Of a stretch of 64,000 bases of DNA, positions 1 to 9,566 are shown one piece after another; position 1 is the first letter of the stretch; each line of letters opens with the position of its first letter. The translations under genes and the position numbers were made by a program. The notes under the pieces are model-generated. The model searched no databases and had not been told where the DNA came from. It was given only the letters and a program-made list of their open reading frames with translations. The stretch spans positions 150,991-214,990 of the forward strand of contig JAACPJ010000001.1 in assembly GCA_009995455.1 (NCBI GenBank), written 5' to 3'. Source of the stretch: a bacterium. GTDB taxonomy: Bacteria; Patescibacteriota; Gracilibacteria; UBA4473.

Positions 1-49
1 TGTAGGTGAAGCTGTCGTAATTATCGATGAGCAGTAATTTTTTGGGCAT
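1..49 (-). CDS. glutamine amidotransferase component II of anthranilate/aminodeoxychorismate synthase (TrpG/PabA-like); first 16 codons only, gene runs off the left edge
   Basis: Reverse complement of 1-49 translates MPKKLLLIDNYDSFTY, the canonical LIDNYDSFTYN start of class-I GATase TrpG/PabA. Same strand as, and downstream of, the component-I-like gene. Confidence 0.55.
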   Translation of the reverse strand, partial: MPKKLLLIDNYDSFTY

Positions 50-71
50 CTAAATTTAATAAATAATTTTT

Positions 72-719
72 TCAGGCTTTTTTTAAATGGTATTCGGCCG
101 ATTTTGCTTTGGTGAGTTCTGAGCCCTGCCACTTGGCGCGGCCAAGTGTTAAACTTTCAAGACTAAAGGTAAGCGGTTCAAAGTTTCGATTAATTTCTTT
201 GCCTAAAGGCTTTGGGTTCTGCACGCCGTAAGCGACTGAAATATGCGGTAGATAATTAGTGTAACGAAACTCTGGGTGTTGCGAGAAAGGAATCTCGTTG
301 CAAAGGGTTTCATGCAGTTGTTGTAACCGGCCAGTAGGGTCATAAACTTCGGCCCACAGCGTCGTAGGAAATACATTAAAATTTTGCAGTTCTAGGGCAA
401 AACCTGGCGTTTGTGAGGTGATATCATCCAAAGTTTTTTTCATAAACGAGAGATCATTTTTTTGGAAATGCGTTCCCAGTCTCCCCGGCAAAGTAAGCGT
501 TAAGTGCATCTCTTCTGGGCTCAGCCAAGAACCGCCTTCTAAAGCAAAATCTTCTTTAAATTTATGGGCTAAATCACAAAGTGCTTGAGCGGTTTCTAGC
601 GGTAGCGGGCTTTCTATAAAATAACAAAAATCCGCTTCTTGTTCCCAAGTGATTTGACCAAATTGGGCGTGGTTTTTCTGCCAATTCTCGTTAAATTTCT
701 GACTTAAATTTTCCTTCAT
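72..719 (-). CDS. 2H phosphoesterase superfamily protein (LigT / 2',5'-RNA-ligase-like)
   Basis: 215-aa ORF with both diagnostic H-x-T/S-x motifs: MHLTLTLPG and LPHISVAYG. Confidence 0.6.
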   Translation of the reverse strand: MKENLSQKFNENWQKNHAQFGQITWEQEADFCYFIESPLPLETAQALCDLAHKFKEDFALEGGSWLSPEEMHLTLTLPGRLGTHFQKNDLSFMKKTLDDITSQTPGFALELQNFNVFPTTLWAEVYDPTGRLQQLHETLCNEIPFSQHPEFRYTNYLPHISVAYGVQNPKPLGKEINRNFEPLTFSLESLTLGRAKWQGSELTKAKSAEYHLKKA

Positions 720-747
720 ATTTTGGTTTTAGTAAGCGGGCGGAAGC

Positions 748-2103
748 TTACGAATTTCGCAGCCCATAGTTAAAGATTTTGCATAGACTCTTGGCTTTAT
801 TATGCACTTCTAACCATTCTTTTTTAGGGTCAGAATCTTGCACAACCCCAGCCCCAGTACGAAACCGAGCCACTCCATCTTTAAGAAAAAAAGACCGGAT
901 CGCGATACAAAGTTCCATGTTGCCATCAGCGGAAAAATATCCCATCGCCCCGCCATACAAATTTCGTGGAGCGGTTTCAAATTCTTGGATGAGTTTTATG
1001 GCTCGTAATTTAGGCGCCCCGCTAAGTGTCCCGGCCGGAAAAATCGCTTTAAAAAAATCGACCGCATCAAAATCTGTTTTGATCTGCCCTTCAATATCAG
1101 AAACCAAGTGCATCACGTTAGCAAAAAATCGACCGTATTTTTCTTTCACCACTTTTATAGAATTGGTTTCACACACTTTTCCTAAATCGTTTCGGCCTAA
1201 ATCAAGCAGCATATCGTGCTCGGCGTTTTCTTTGGGGTCACTGGCCATTTCTGCCAAAATCGTTTGGTCTTGTGCTTCGGTTTTACCGCGATAACGCGTG
1301 CCCGCAATCGGGCTATAGGTAACCGTTTGCCCTCGTTTAGAGCCTAAAATTTCGGGGCTAGCGCCACACACTTGTCCGTGTTCGCCAAAGTCAAAAAACA
1401 CTAAATGCGTCGTGGGTTCAACGACCCGTAAAATCGAATAAAAATCGACGCCGTCTAAACCCTTGGTGTCTCGTTTAAACCCGTTACTAATAATCATCTG
1501 AAAGATTTCTCCGTCTAAGATTTTTTGTTTGGCCTCGGCCACTTTTTTACCAAAAGTCTCGCCAGATTGTTCTGATTCGAATGCTGAAAAATCAGCGTAG
1601 TCTTCATTTTTTAAAGCGGTTAGATCCACTTTAGGGTCTTTGAAGTTACGGGCGGCATTTATAATTTCTTGATTTTTCGCGCTAAACAAACTTTTGTCAC
1701 CGACGGTTTGAATGGCAAAAATCTTTTTATCGGCGTGATCAAAGGCAAAAAAATGTGAGAACTCGTAAAATAAAGTGTGTGGGTATTCACTTGGATTGCC
1801 GGCTAAATTCGGTTCAATTTCATCAAAAATTTCCCAGTTAAAATAACCCACCAAACCGCCTGAAAACGGAAAACTTTTTGGAAACGGTTTTGACTGGGCA
1901 ATAGCGGCTTTTAATTGCTCGAAACTATCTTCTTTCGTCACTACCTCTTGCACGGGCACAGCGGCAATCAGCGAAAACTGATTATGGTCATCTTGCATCG
2001 CAGATTCGAGCATAGCGCAAGGCGCCCCAAAATGTTCGCGCATCGCTTTAAAAACCGAAATCGGCGTTAGTTCACTTTCATAATCAAACACTTCTAAAAT
2101 CAT
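748..2103 (-). CDS. chorismate-binding enzyme, anthranilate synthase component I / aminodeoxychorismate synthase family (TrpE/PabB)
   Basis: 451 aa. C-terminal chorismate-binding signature GAPKLRAIKLIQEFETAPRNLYGGAMGYF, ELCIAIRS, GAGVVQDSDPKKEW. N-terminal MLESA motif. Confidence 0.85.
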   Translation of the reverse strand: MILEVFDYESELTPISVFKAMREHFGAPCAMLESAMQDDHNQFSLIAAVPVQEVVTKEDSFEQLKAAIAQSKPFPKSFPFSGGLVGYFNWEIFDEIEPNLAGNPSEYPHTLFYEFSHFFAFDHADKKIFAIQTVGDKSLFSAKNQEIINAARNFKDPKVDLTALKNEDYADFSAFESEQSGETFGKKVAEAKQKILDGEIFQMIISNGFKRDTKGLDGVDFYSILRVVEPTTHLVFFDFGEHGQVCGASPEILGSKRGQTVTYSPIAGTRYRGKTEAQDQTILAEMASDPKENAEHDMLLDLGRNDLGKVCETNSIKVVKEKYGRFFANVMHLVSDIEGQIKTDFDAVDFFKAIFPAGTLSGAPKLRAIKLIQEFETAPRNLYGGAMGYFSADGNMELCIAIRSFFLKDGVARFRTGAGVVQDSDPKKEWLEVHNKAKSLCKIFNYGLRNS

Positions 2104-2420
2104 GTCTTTGGAAAAACTTTAGGAAATACTTCACGTCCAACGCCAAACTGTAATTCGGCACTACCGCGAGAAATTTGGGTAATACTAACACCTAAACGCT
2201 TAGCAATTTCTCGTTGCGGATGCCCCGCCATCAGCATCTCTATAAGCGAATATCTATCGCACAGAGTTTGACATTCCTTTGGCGTAAGAAAGGCACGTAT
2301 AAAATTTTCAACGTCTTTTTCGTTGTCCATTTTGGAAATAATTGATGCCATTTTTTTTAAAATTTGAGCTTCTTTTTTTGTCATTTTGTAACGGTTAAGC
2401 AGTACAAAATTATTCATCAA
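2100..2420 (-). CDS. TrpR/YerC-family DNA-binding protein (Trp-repressor-like)
   Basis: LTPKECQTLCDRYSLIEMLMAGHPQREIAKRLGVSITQISRGSAEL parallels the E. coli TrpR core [47 protein letters not shown]. Its stop overlaps the start of the TrpE-like gene by 4 nt. The true start may be the internal MTKKEAQ. Confidence 0.7.
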   Translation of the reverse strand: MMNNFVLLNRYKMTKKEAQILKKMASIISKMDNEKDVENFIRAFLTPKECQTLCDRYSLIEMLMAGHPQREIAKRLGVSITQISRGSAELQFGVGREVFPKVFPKT

Positions 2421-2443
2421 AACAAAGATGTCAAAAAGAATGC

Positions 2444-2908
2444 TTAGCCTTCTTCTTTATTTGTAATGGTAGCAACCGCGAGTACCTGCATAATTTGTCC
2501 GCGAAAGCTAATGGTTTCTAAATTTTGGAACAACGCTCGCAAATTGTTTCGATCTACGATTGCGGGCAACAGAAAACGACCACCTACATCAGGTTTTATA
2601 GCACATTTTTGTAGTTGCAGTCGTGAAAAAATGGCTGTTACCATTTCTCGTTCATCTTCAATTTTAATGGTTGTTTTTGGGGCAATTACTCCCAGTATTC
2701 TGGCGGTATATTTGCCAGATTCTCCTAGAATTTCGGCTAACTTGTTTTTATCAAATTCTAACAATAAAGCGTCTATGTTTATTTCCTCTCCCAGTTTTTT
2801 GGGATCCACAATAATTTCTAAATCATCAGATCCGTATGCGGTTCTTAATTCTGATTTAAGCGAAACGCGACCTTTACCGTCGAGCTTAAAAATTTTTTGT
2901 CCGTGCAT
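2444..2908 (-). CDS. MraZ-like (double SpoVT/AbrB-type) protein
   Basis: 154 aa, MraZ-like length. Two DxxGR-type motifs at MraZ-like spacing: KLDGKGRVSL near the N-terminus and PDVGGRFLLPAIV in the second half. Not in a dcw (rsmH-ftsL) context. Confidence 0.5.
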   Translation of the reverse strand: MHGQKIFKLDGKGRVSLKSELRTAYGSDDLEIIVDPKKLGEEINIDALLLEFDKNKLAEILGESGKYTARILGVIAPKTTIKIEDEREMVTAIFSRLQLQKCAIKPDVGGRFLLPAIVDRNNLRALFQNLETISFRGQIMQVLAVATITNKEEG

Positions 2909-2982
2909 CTATTTGTTTATAAAAATAATTTCTAATTATGTCAATATTTATCATACGTTAAAACCCTTTAAGATAAATAATA

Positions 2983-3453
2983 ATGATAATTATAGGAATA
3001 GATCCGGGCTACGAACGATGCGGTTTTGCCGTGCTCGAGCAAACAGGAAACAAAACAGCCTTACTGACTTTTGGAACCATTAAAACCAAACCTAAGGCAG
3101 ATTTTTTAGTCCGCCAAACCGAGATTGCTCAAGATTTTACCGCTTTGCTGGAAAGGTACAAACCCCAAAAGTTGGCGATTGAAGATCTATTTTTTGCGCA
3201 GAACGTAACGACGGGGTTAAAGGTCGCTCAAGTGCGAGGGGTTTTAACGCACATCGCTTACGAGGCGGGTTTAGAGATTGTGGAACCGAAACCGACTGAA
3301 GTTAAAAAGTTTTTTTGTGGAGATGGGCACGCCGATAAAAAAGCCATGCAGCAAATGGCGCAGCTGACTTTTAACCTTAAAGACTCTCCTAAAATTGATG
3401 ACGCCGCCGATGCCATCGCCATGGCCTATTATGGAGCCTTGGTAAGAGTCTAG
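2983..3453 (+). CDS. ruvC: crossover junction endodeoxyribonuclease RuvC
   Basis: 156 aa. N-terminus MIIIGIDPGYERCGFAVLE is the RuvC catalytic-Asp motif; C-terminus DAADAIAMA. Confidence 0.9.
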   Translation: MIIIGIDPGYERCGFAVLEQTGNKTALLTFGTIKTKPKADFLVRQTEIAQDFTALLERYKPQKLAIEDLFFAQNVTTGLKVAQVRGVLTHIAYEAGLEIVEPKPTEVKKFFCGDGHADKKAMQQMAQLTFNLKDSPKIDDAADAIAMAYYGALVRV

Positions 3454-3506
3454 CTGGAGGGGGTTAAAAGCTAGTCAAAAGGGATGTTTTAAGGTATAAT
3501 AAGCCA

Positions 3507-4451
3507 ATGCCTGAGGAGGAAGAAAAAAAAGAATCGACCGAGAAAAAATCGCAGATTACACCCGCGGAGGCAGAAAAGCGTGTCAGTACGGCTGTAGCTG
3601 AAGTGATTCCGGACGAAAACGATAGTTTGTTAATTGAAGAAGATGGTGACCCTTTTTGGGTTATTCAGAGAGTCTTTTGGGGCATTTTAAAAACGGGCGC
3701 CTTACTGGCTTTGCTGCTTTTTTTAATTTGGTTGGTTTGGAGGCCAAGTTCTTTTTTGGGCAACGGAAACGAGCCTGAATTTGAGTTTGAACCAGAACAA
3801 GTCGAAGAAGTACAAGTGCCAGAAGAAAATAGGAATGCCCCTTGGTGGAAACGCCTTTTTGGGGGCGGTGATGAAACGCCTGAACCAGAATTTACACCTG
3901 AAAACCCAGAAAATCCAGCACCACAAAATCCAAATTTAGAATCAACCGATCCTACGCAAATTGCGTACGAATTAGAAACGGCACGAGTATTGCTGGTTCG
4001 AGGTATTATTCCGCAATCGGTGCAATGGTTAAGGCAGGCAAAAACGGTGGGGGAGATCTCGATGCAAGTGCTACGGCAGGGTTCGCCGCAAGCGCGTTCA
4101 CGGCAAATTGAAGAAATCTTGGCCGCCGCTGACGACTTGTTTGTCCAATCCGCTAATTTACAAATTCAGCTGCAAGCCGAAAGAGATTACTTTTTAACCG
4201 AAGGGAATGCCGCCAATGCTAGAACGGCTGAATTAGAGCAGCAAATTGCATATGCCCTGCAAGTGCTGGATCCGGTTCCGGTGGAGGCTTTAGTGGCCGA
4301 AAAAATTGCTTCTCAGCAAAACGCGAGCTTTTTCATGTCGAACGCTAAAATCCGCGATACACTAAATCGAAATATCCAAACTTTCGATCAGCTTCTACGA
4401 CAGCGCTCCATTCCGCTGTTAAACCCGGCCACGGAGATTCGCGCCAACTAA
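3507..4451 (+). CDS. hypothetical membrane-anchored protein
   Basis: 314-aa ORF with an acidic N-terminus, one hydrophobic helix (VFWGILKTGALLALLLFLIWLVW), a P/E-rich linker and a helical C-terminal part. No recognised family. Confidence 0.5.
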   Translation: MPEEEEKKESTEKKSQITPAEAEKRVSTAVAEVIPDENDSLLIEEDGDPFWVIQRVFWGILKTGALLALLLFLIWLVWRPSSFLGNGNEPEFEFEPEQVEEVQVPEENRNAPWWKRLFGGGDETPEPEFTPENPENPAPQNPNLESTDPTQIAYELETARVLLVRGIIPQSVQWLRQAKTVGEISMQVLRQGSPQARSRQIEEILAAADDLFVQSANLQIQLQAERDYFLTEGNAANARTAELEQQIAYALQVLDPVPVEALVAEKIASQQNASFFMSNAKIRDTLNRNIQTFDQLLRQRSIPLLNPATEIRAN

Positions 4452-6105
4452 AAAGCAAACCTAAATTCTTTTTCAAACGCTGCCGTACCGGCTTTGGTAA
4501 GTTGATTTGCCGCGGCCAGTCTGTTTCATACATATCTTGCATTTCTATTTCTAGCGAAGTTTTATCCACCGCTGTAGATTCATAGTGGTAGGCCATTAAA
4601 GATTCTTTCCACTGAGGGCGGTTTAACAGTACCGCAAAAAAATCGTCTTGGGCTTGATCCTTTAAGTTTTCGTTCAGGCTTTCTTGCAGAATTTGTTCGA
4701 CCACGGCTAATTGTGCTTTTGCACTGCCAACATTAGAATTACTGCCACCTGGGTCTATTCCGACAATCGTTTCAATGGCGGTGTGACTTTCACCACTTTG
4801 ATCGGTAACGGTTAGTTTGAGCTCGTGTTCACCGGCCGTTTCAATATAAAACCCGGCTGGATTTTTTTGATCTGAAAGAAACTGCTGATCAAATTCCCAA
4901 AGAAAAGTTTTTAAGTCTTTTGGGCCATCTGGATCCGTTGAATATTCACCCGTTGGGTTGAGCAAAAACGAAACCTTGGCGACGGATTTTTTTGAACCTT
5001 GCAACGTAATAATGGCTTTAGGAGCTTGGTTTTTAGTTGTATTTTCTTGCCCCCGAGAACCGTTAAAATGCTCAAACCAATCGGTGTTTAGTTGGTTATC
5101 ATTTCCCCCAATGGGGCGCGCGACAGATTGATTTGGAACTAGGTTTTCAATCGAAACGCATTCGCTTTTCCATTGACCGGCTTCAATAAATTTTTGCACT
5201 CTTTTTCGTTCGGTTTCGCTTAATTGTTTCTTTTGCCAACATAACGTATCCATCCATGTTTCTTGGCTAGTTCCCGCAAAACTAATCAATTCTACGGTGC
5301 CAGAACCGCCCGATAAACCATCACGTTTATTGCTATGGAATAAATGCTCTCCGGCTTTGCCTTGGTCTGGTGTGCCAATTAAAAAGGTGAGTATATCTCC
5401 TGGACTTACAAAATAAGCCTCCTCAAAATACCAAAGCGGCGTGCCGTTATGTTTTAATTCGGTGTACTGCAGGTTTATTTTTTCTGGTCCTGAAGCGATT
5501 TTTATTTCAATAAAATCAGCCACGTCACTATCAACCGAGACCTCATTTATTAAAGCCCTAAACTCTGTTGAAGTGGTGGCGAGTATGGGATTTTTTTGCC
5601 CCTTAGAAGACTCAAAACCGACTTGATGTGGCGCGCGAACGTTAATCGTTTTGAGCTGCTTTGTCGGTTCGTCCCAAACTAAAACTTCACGTTCTTCGTA
5701 ATCTTTGGTCGACCGGCTCGCAGCTTTTGGGTAATTAATCTGATTTAAAATGGCCCCTTCACCATTTAAAATTTGCAGGGTTCCACCATCGTTGGGAAGT
5801 CCAATTGGACTCGGTGAAAACACGAAATAGCCCTTTCCCTCTAAGGCAAAAACTAATGGGTTTTCGGTGACTTGAACGCCTTCGCCAGGCATTATTTTAT
5901 CTATTATATCGGTGAACGGTTTGGGCTTATTTTTGTCATTGCTTAGCTGCCATTCACTCAAATCAACTTCACCCTTTTGTGTCACTTCAAACTCAAACCA
6001 TTCGGGTTCATTGGCTAAAGTATGGGGAGCAATTTCGGTGATTTGCACCGTTTGGGCTAAAGCCAAAGCGGGAGCCAGTACTCCAATAAGCATTAAGGTT
6101 TTCAT
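4345..6105 (-). CDS. secreted protein with lamin-tail-like (LTD) segments and a PKD-like domain
   Basis: Signal peptide MKTLMLIGVLAPALALAQT. LTD-like strings ITEIAPHTLANEPEWFEFEV and INEVSVDSDVADFIEIKI. PKD-like HELKLTVTDQSGESHTAIETI. Confidence 0.6.
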   Translation of the reverse strand: MKTLMLIGVLAPALALAQTVQITEIAPHTLANEPEWFEFEVTQKGEVDLSEWQLSNDKNKPKPFTDIIDKIMPGEGVQVTENPLVFALEGKGYFVFSPSPIGLPNDGGTLQILNGEGAILNQINYPKAASRSTKDYEEREVLVWDEPTKQLKTINVRAPHQVGFESSKGQKNPILATTSTEFRALINEVSVDSDVADFIEIKIASGPEKINLQYTELKHNGTPLWYFEEAYFVSPGDILTFLIGTPDQGKAGEHLFHSNKRDGLSGGSGTVELISFAGTSQETWMDTLCWQKKQLSETERKRVQKFIEAGQWKSECVSIENLVPNQSVARPIGGNDNQLNTDWFEHFNGSRGQENTTKNQAPKAIITLQGSKKSVAKVSFLLNPTGEYSTDPDGPKDLKTFLWEFDQQFLSDQKNPAGFYIETAGEHELKLTVTDQSGESHTAIETIVGIDPGGSNSNVGSAKAQLAVVEQILQESLNENLKDQAQDDFFAVLLNRPQWKESLMAYHYESTAVDKTSLEIEMQDMYETDWPRQINLPKPVRQRLKKNLGLLFSWRESPWPGLTAEWSAVVEADRKFGYFDLVYRGF

Positions 6106-6222
6106 GTTTTAATTTCTAAGTCCTCATGCGTTTTTCAGCAACGACCAAACAACATGAAACCTTCATGAAGATTGGAAGCCCCTTAGTTGCTGAAAGTCTT
6201 TAAATCACTAGTTTAAAACGGA

Positions 6223-7542
6223 ATGGTACGGTTACTTAAATTATATGCTTTGCGGGGTGGCGTTTTGCTAGGAATTTCAGCTTTGGGCTCGAAATTCCTG
6301 GGGCTCTGGCGTGACCGGTTAGTGGTTTCGACTTTTTCACCCGAGAGTTCAGACTTGGTTTACGCCGCGTTTCGAATTCCAGATTTCTTTTATTATTTGC
6401 TGGTTGGTGCCACGGTTTCGGTAATTTTTTTACCGCGGTTAGTAGGTTTGTCAGAGCGAGAAAAAATAGAGTATATGAGTTCCTTTTTGTGGGGTGTTTT
6501 AGTGTTTTTTGGCGTTTTAAGCGCCTTTTGTTTTTTAATGGCTCCAGTTTTAGCTACCTGGTTCGCCTCTGGGTTTTCACCAGACATACAACAAGGCGTG
6601 TCCAATTTAGCTCGTTTTCTTTTTGGGTCTGTTTTTCTGTTATCACTTTCAAGCGTATTTGCCGCCGCCCTGCAAGCGCAGCAACGGTTTGTCTCAATTG
6701 CATTAGCGCCATTGTTTTACATGGGTTTTATTGCCTTGGGGCTTTATGTGTTTAAAGATTATTTTGGAGTTAACATTGTCGGATACGGCGCTTTGGCCGG
6801 CGCGATAACCCATTTGCTGATTACCAGCGGGGCTTACTTTTTGACTGGGCAAAGGGTGGCACTCGTGTGGAAAAAACCAGCCGCCGCCTGGCTAAATTTT
6901 TGGCCAGATTTTGGCAGACGCGTTTTTAATAACGCCGCTTTTCAAATAAACCAAACCGTCGACATTTTAATTGCTTCTTTTTTGGCCATAGGCGCTGTCA
7001 CCTCTTTCACCTTGGGCACGAATCTGGGGCATTTTTTGCTTTCAATTGTCGGGCTATCAGTAGCCAATTCGGCTTTTCCAAAGCTGGCAAACGCAAAACA
7101 CAATTACCCGCTGCAACGTAAAATTTTGCTCTCTTCGGCAAAATGGATTTTTTTCTTTTGTGCTCCGGCGGCAGTGGTCTGCGCGGTTTTTTCAACTCAA
7201 ATTCTACAACTGCTTTTTACGCTAGAGAACGAGCGTTTACAAATGGCGCAAGTCGTCTTTTTCTGGACGGTAATTAGTTTGCCTTTGACCTGTGTTTTGC
7301 CGTTACTGGCACGGGTTTTTCTGGCTAATGATGATACCGTTAGCCCTCTTTACGCTACTATTATTTCTTTAGTGGTCGCCACCAGCACAGCGGCCTATTT
7401 AAGTTTGGTGTATTTACCTAAAGATCAAGCCATTCTGGGTTTAGCGTTGGGCAATTTCGTCGCTAACACATTAGGTTTTATTTTATTTATCAGTTTAATC
7501 TGGTGGAAATACGAACGTGTTCACAAAAATAATCATGTTTAA
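6223..7542 (+). CDS. murJ: lipid II flippase MurJ/MviN family
   Basis: 439 aa, polytopic. The N-terminal LGLWRDRLVVSTF...AFRIPDFFYYLLVGATVSVIFLP matches the MurJ pattern (GFxRDxxxAxxFG...AFxxPNxxRRxxxEGAxxxAFVP). Confidence 0.8.
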   Translation: MVRLLKLYALRGGVLLGISALGSKFLGLWRDRLVVSTFSPESSDLVYAAFRIPDFFYYLLVGATVSVIFLPRLVGLSEREKIEYMSSFLWGVLVFFGVLSAFCFLMAPVLATWFASGFSPDIQQGVSNLARFLFGSVFLLSLSSVFAAALQAQQRFVSIALAPLFYMGFIALGLYVFKDYFGVNIVGYGALAGAITHLLITSGAYFLTGQRVALVWKKPAAAWLNFWPDFGRRVFNNAAFQINQTVDILIASFLAIGAVTSFTLGTNLGHFLLSIVGLSVANSAFPKLANAKHNYPLQRKILLSSAKWIFFFCAPAAVVCAVFSTQILQLLFTLENERLQMAQVVFFWTVISLPLTCVLPLLARVFLANDDTVSPLYATIISLVVATSTAAYLSLVYLPKDQAILGLALGNFVANTLGFILFISLIWWKYERVHKNNHV

Positions 7543-8428
7543 AGCCGAATTTACCGTTCTCGAATCTGAAGCCGGACAGCGTGTTGACGCTTTGTGCGCC
7601 CTAAAATACCCGCATATTTCGCGATCTCGTTGGACAAAACATGCGGAATTTTTGTGCGAAGAGATGGAAAAAAACGCTAAGACAAAAGTGAAAACTGGTG
7701 AAGAATGGGAAGTCAGCTGTGCTGAAGAATCCAATGTTGATCACCTAGAGCCTTGGGATTATCCTTTAGAAATTTTAGCGGAAACCGACACCTACCTAGT
7801 GATTAACAAACCCTACGGTATTTCGGTTCATCCCTCTAGTTCAGAAAATTCAAACGAAACTATGGTTAATGCGCTAGTGCACCATTTTGGAGCTAATCTA
7901 GCCGAAAATTATGATGAAATTGAAGGCCGAAAAGTCGCGCGTCCGGGGTTGGTTCACCGTTTAGATAAAACCACTTCTGGTGTTTTATTGATTGCTAAAA
8001 CGAATCAAGCACACAAATTTTTTCAAGATAACTGGAAAGACTTCGAAAAAACTTACTACGCTAAAGTTCAAGGAGGTCCACCAGCGAATGGAAAAATTGA
8101 GTCTGGTATTGTACGAGACCCTTACAATCGAAAAAAAATGAAAGCGACCCAAGACCCAGACAAGTGGTCTGTGACAGAGTTTGAAACCATTTCAATTAAA
8201 CCTGGTAACGACGTCATTAAAAGTGAAGCGCTTTTAAAAGTGAATATCAAAACCGGCCGAACGCACCAAATTCGTGTGCATCTCAGTTCGATTGGCTTTC
8301 CGGTGATTGGGGATGAACTTTATGACGGACCAGCAGCCAAACGGATTATGCTGCACGCAACTAGTCTTAAATTTATAGACCCAGATACGGGCAAAGAAGT
8401 TTTGGTGGAAAAAGAACGACCGTTTTAA
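7535..8428 (+). CDS. RluA-family 23S rRNA/tRNA pseudouridine synthase (RluD-like)
   Basis: Catalytic motif HRLDKTTSGVLLIAKT and GRTHQIRVHL. The ORF track starts at a GTG at 7517; the ATG at 7535 is preferred and overlaps the murJ stop by 8 nt. Confidence 0.85.
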   Translation: MFKAEFTVLESEAGQRVDALCALKYPHISRSRWTKHAEFLCEEMEKNAKTKVKTGEEWEVSCAEESNVDHLEPWDYPLEILAETDTYLVINKPYGISVHPSSSENSNETMVNALVHHFGANLAENYDEIEGRKVARPGLVHRLDKTTSGVLLIAKTNQAHKFFQDNWKDFEKTYYAKVQGGPPANGKIESGIVRDPYNRKKMKATQDPDKWSVTEFETISIKPGNDVIKSEALLKVNIKTGRTHQIRVHLSSIGFPVIGDELYDGPAAKRIMLHATSLKFIDPDTGKEVLVEKERPF

Positions 8429-8498
8429 ATTCCAGCTTTTTTTGAAATAGACTTTTTATTATTTCGTATTAATAATAGAAATGAGATTATTTTTTTAA

Positions 8499-9566
8499 AT
8501 GCCGGATATTCCACAACGCTTACCCGATGGTTTAAACCCAACTGCAAAAATCGAAAATGTAGATGGTTTTTTGTTTATGCTGGAAAGTCTTCTGCCAGCA
8601 GAAGCCGAGGTGATGTGGGTTTCTCCAGCCGCACAGTCTGAGCAGCTAATTTCAGTTCGATATGGTGAATATGTGATTTATTTTTCGGGAGAAGATTTAT
8701 CGGGCGATGATTTTTTAAATTGGCATGATTTTTATGATCCTCAAAAATTAAAGAAATGTCTAAAGCGACGTTTAAAAATAGACAGAGCTCATTCAAGCCA
8801 AAGTATTGCCACCTTTGTTCGTCAAGCCATTCACGCGTTAGGGATGGAAGAATTATTAGTTATTGAAACTCATGAAGATAGAGTCTCGATTACAGACCAT
8901 GCCGATGGAAATGTTTATGGGGAAATCTATCAAAATGGCTCGATCCTAAAAACTTTCCAAAGCGTAAGAGCCGAAGTCGAAGCCATCTTAGAGATTCCAG
9001 CTTTAGAAGGGGCGGATAACTTTAAAGGTTTTGTAGAGTTATTTGAATCGGTGAATGCCAACGAATTTCAGGGGGCTTTTACCTTCGCCCCTTTTAACGA
9101 AAGCGATCTGGAAATCACCTATGGTAATGGGAAGCGTAAACGTAAAAAAAATTTTATCAGAATTTGGATAGACGAATTTTTTTGGAAAGAAGGGGTGAAT
9201 CGGAAGGACTTAGTCGATTTTTTAACCGATCAAATAAAAGAACGCTTAGATGATCGGCGACTGGAATATTTGTTGTTTATGAATTTATTTCGGCAAGTAG
9301 CGGCCGATTACCCCGACCTTAAATATCGCATTGGGCTCAACAACGCTCGCTTTGTGAGTGCCGATAGAAGGCAGTGTTATTTTTTAGGCATCAGAGGCAA
9401 AGTGGAGGAATCCTTAAAGCCAACCCCTTATAGATTTTGTGCGGAAAACGGCTACCAGTATGGGGAAATAGATTGCGGAAACTTTTTAACCGAGTCGGCC
9501 TTTCGTACATTTCTAGAATACGATTTAGGCTACGCTTCCCCAAAAAAGCTTTTACAGTCAGAGTGA
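8499..9566 (+). CDS. hypothetical protein (orphan, cytoplasmic)
   Basis: 355-aa uninterrupted ORF with no competing frame. No recognisable motif. Confidence 0.5.
   Translation: MPDIPQRLPDGLNPTAKIENVDGFLFMLESLLPAEAEVMWVSPAAQSEQLISVRYGEYVIYFSGEDLSGDDFLNWHDFYDPQKLKKCLKRRLKIDRAHSSQSIATFVRQAIHALGMEELLVIETHEDRVSITDHADGNVYGEIYQNGSILKTFQSVRAEVEAILEIPALEGADNFKGFVELFESVNANEFQGAFTFAPFNESDLEITYGNGKRKRKKNFIRIWIDEFFWKEGVNRKDLVDFLTDQIKERLDDRRLEYLLFMNLFRQVAADYPDLKYRIGLNNARFVSADRRQCYFLGIRGKVEESLKPTPYRFCAENGYQYGEIDCGNFLTESAFRTFLEYDLGYASPKKLLQSE

Noticed and set aside
779-1294. 171-aa plus-strand ORF inside the TrpE-like gene, and similar antisense ORFs (2466..3083, 10249..10497, 11283..11505, 16691..17341, 37561..37956, 41152..41445, 52507..52806, 61628..61987)
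   Set aside because: All lie fully within, and antisense to or out of frame with, strongly motif-supported genes. Their translations are Ser/Leu/Arg-rich with no motifs.
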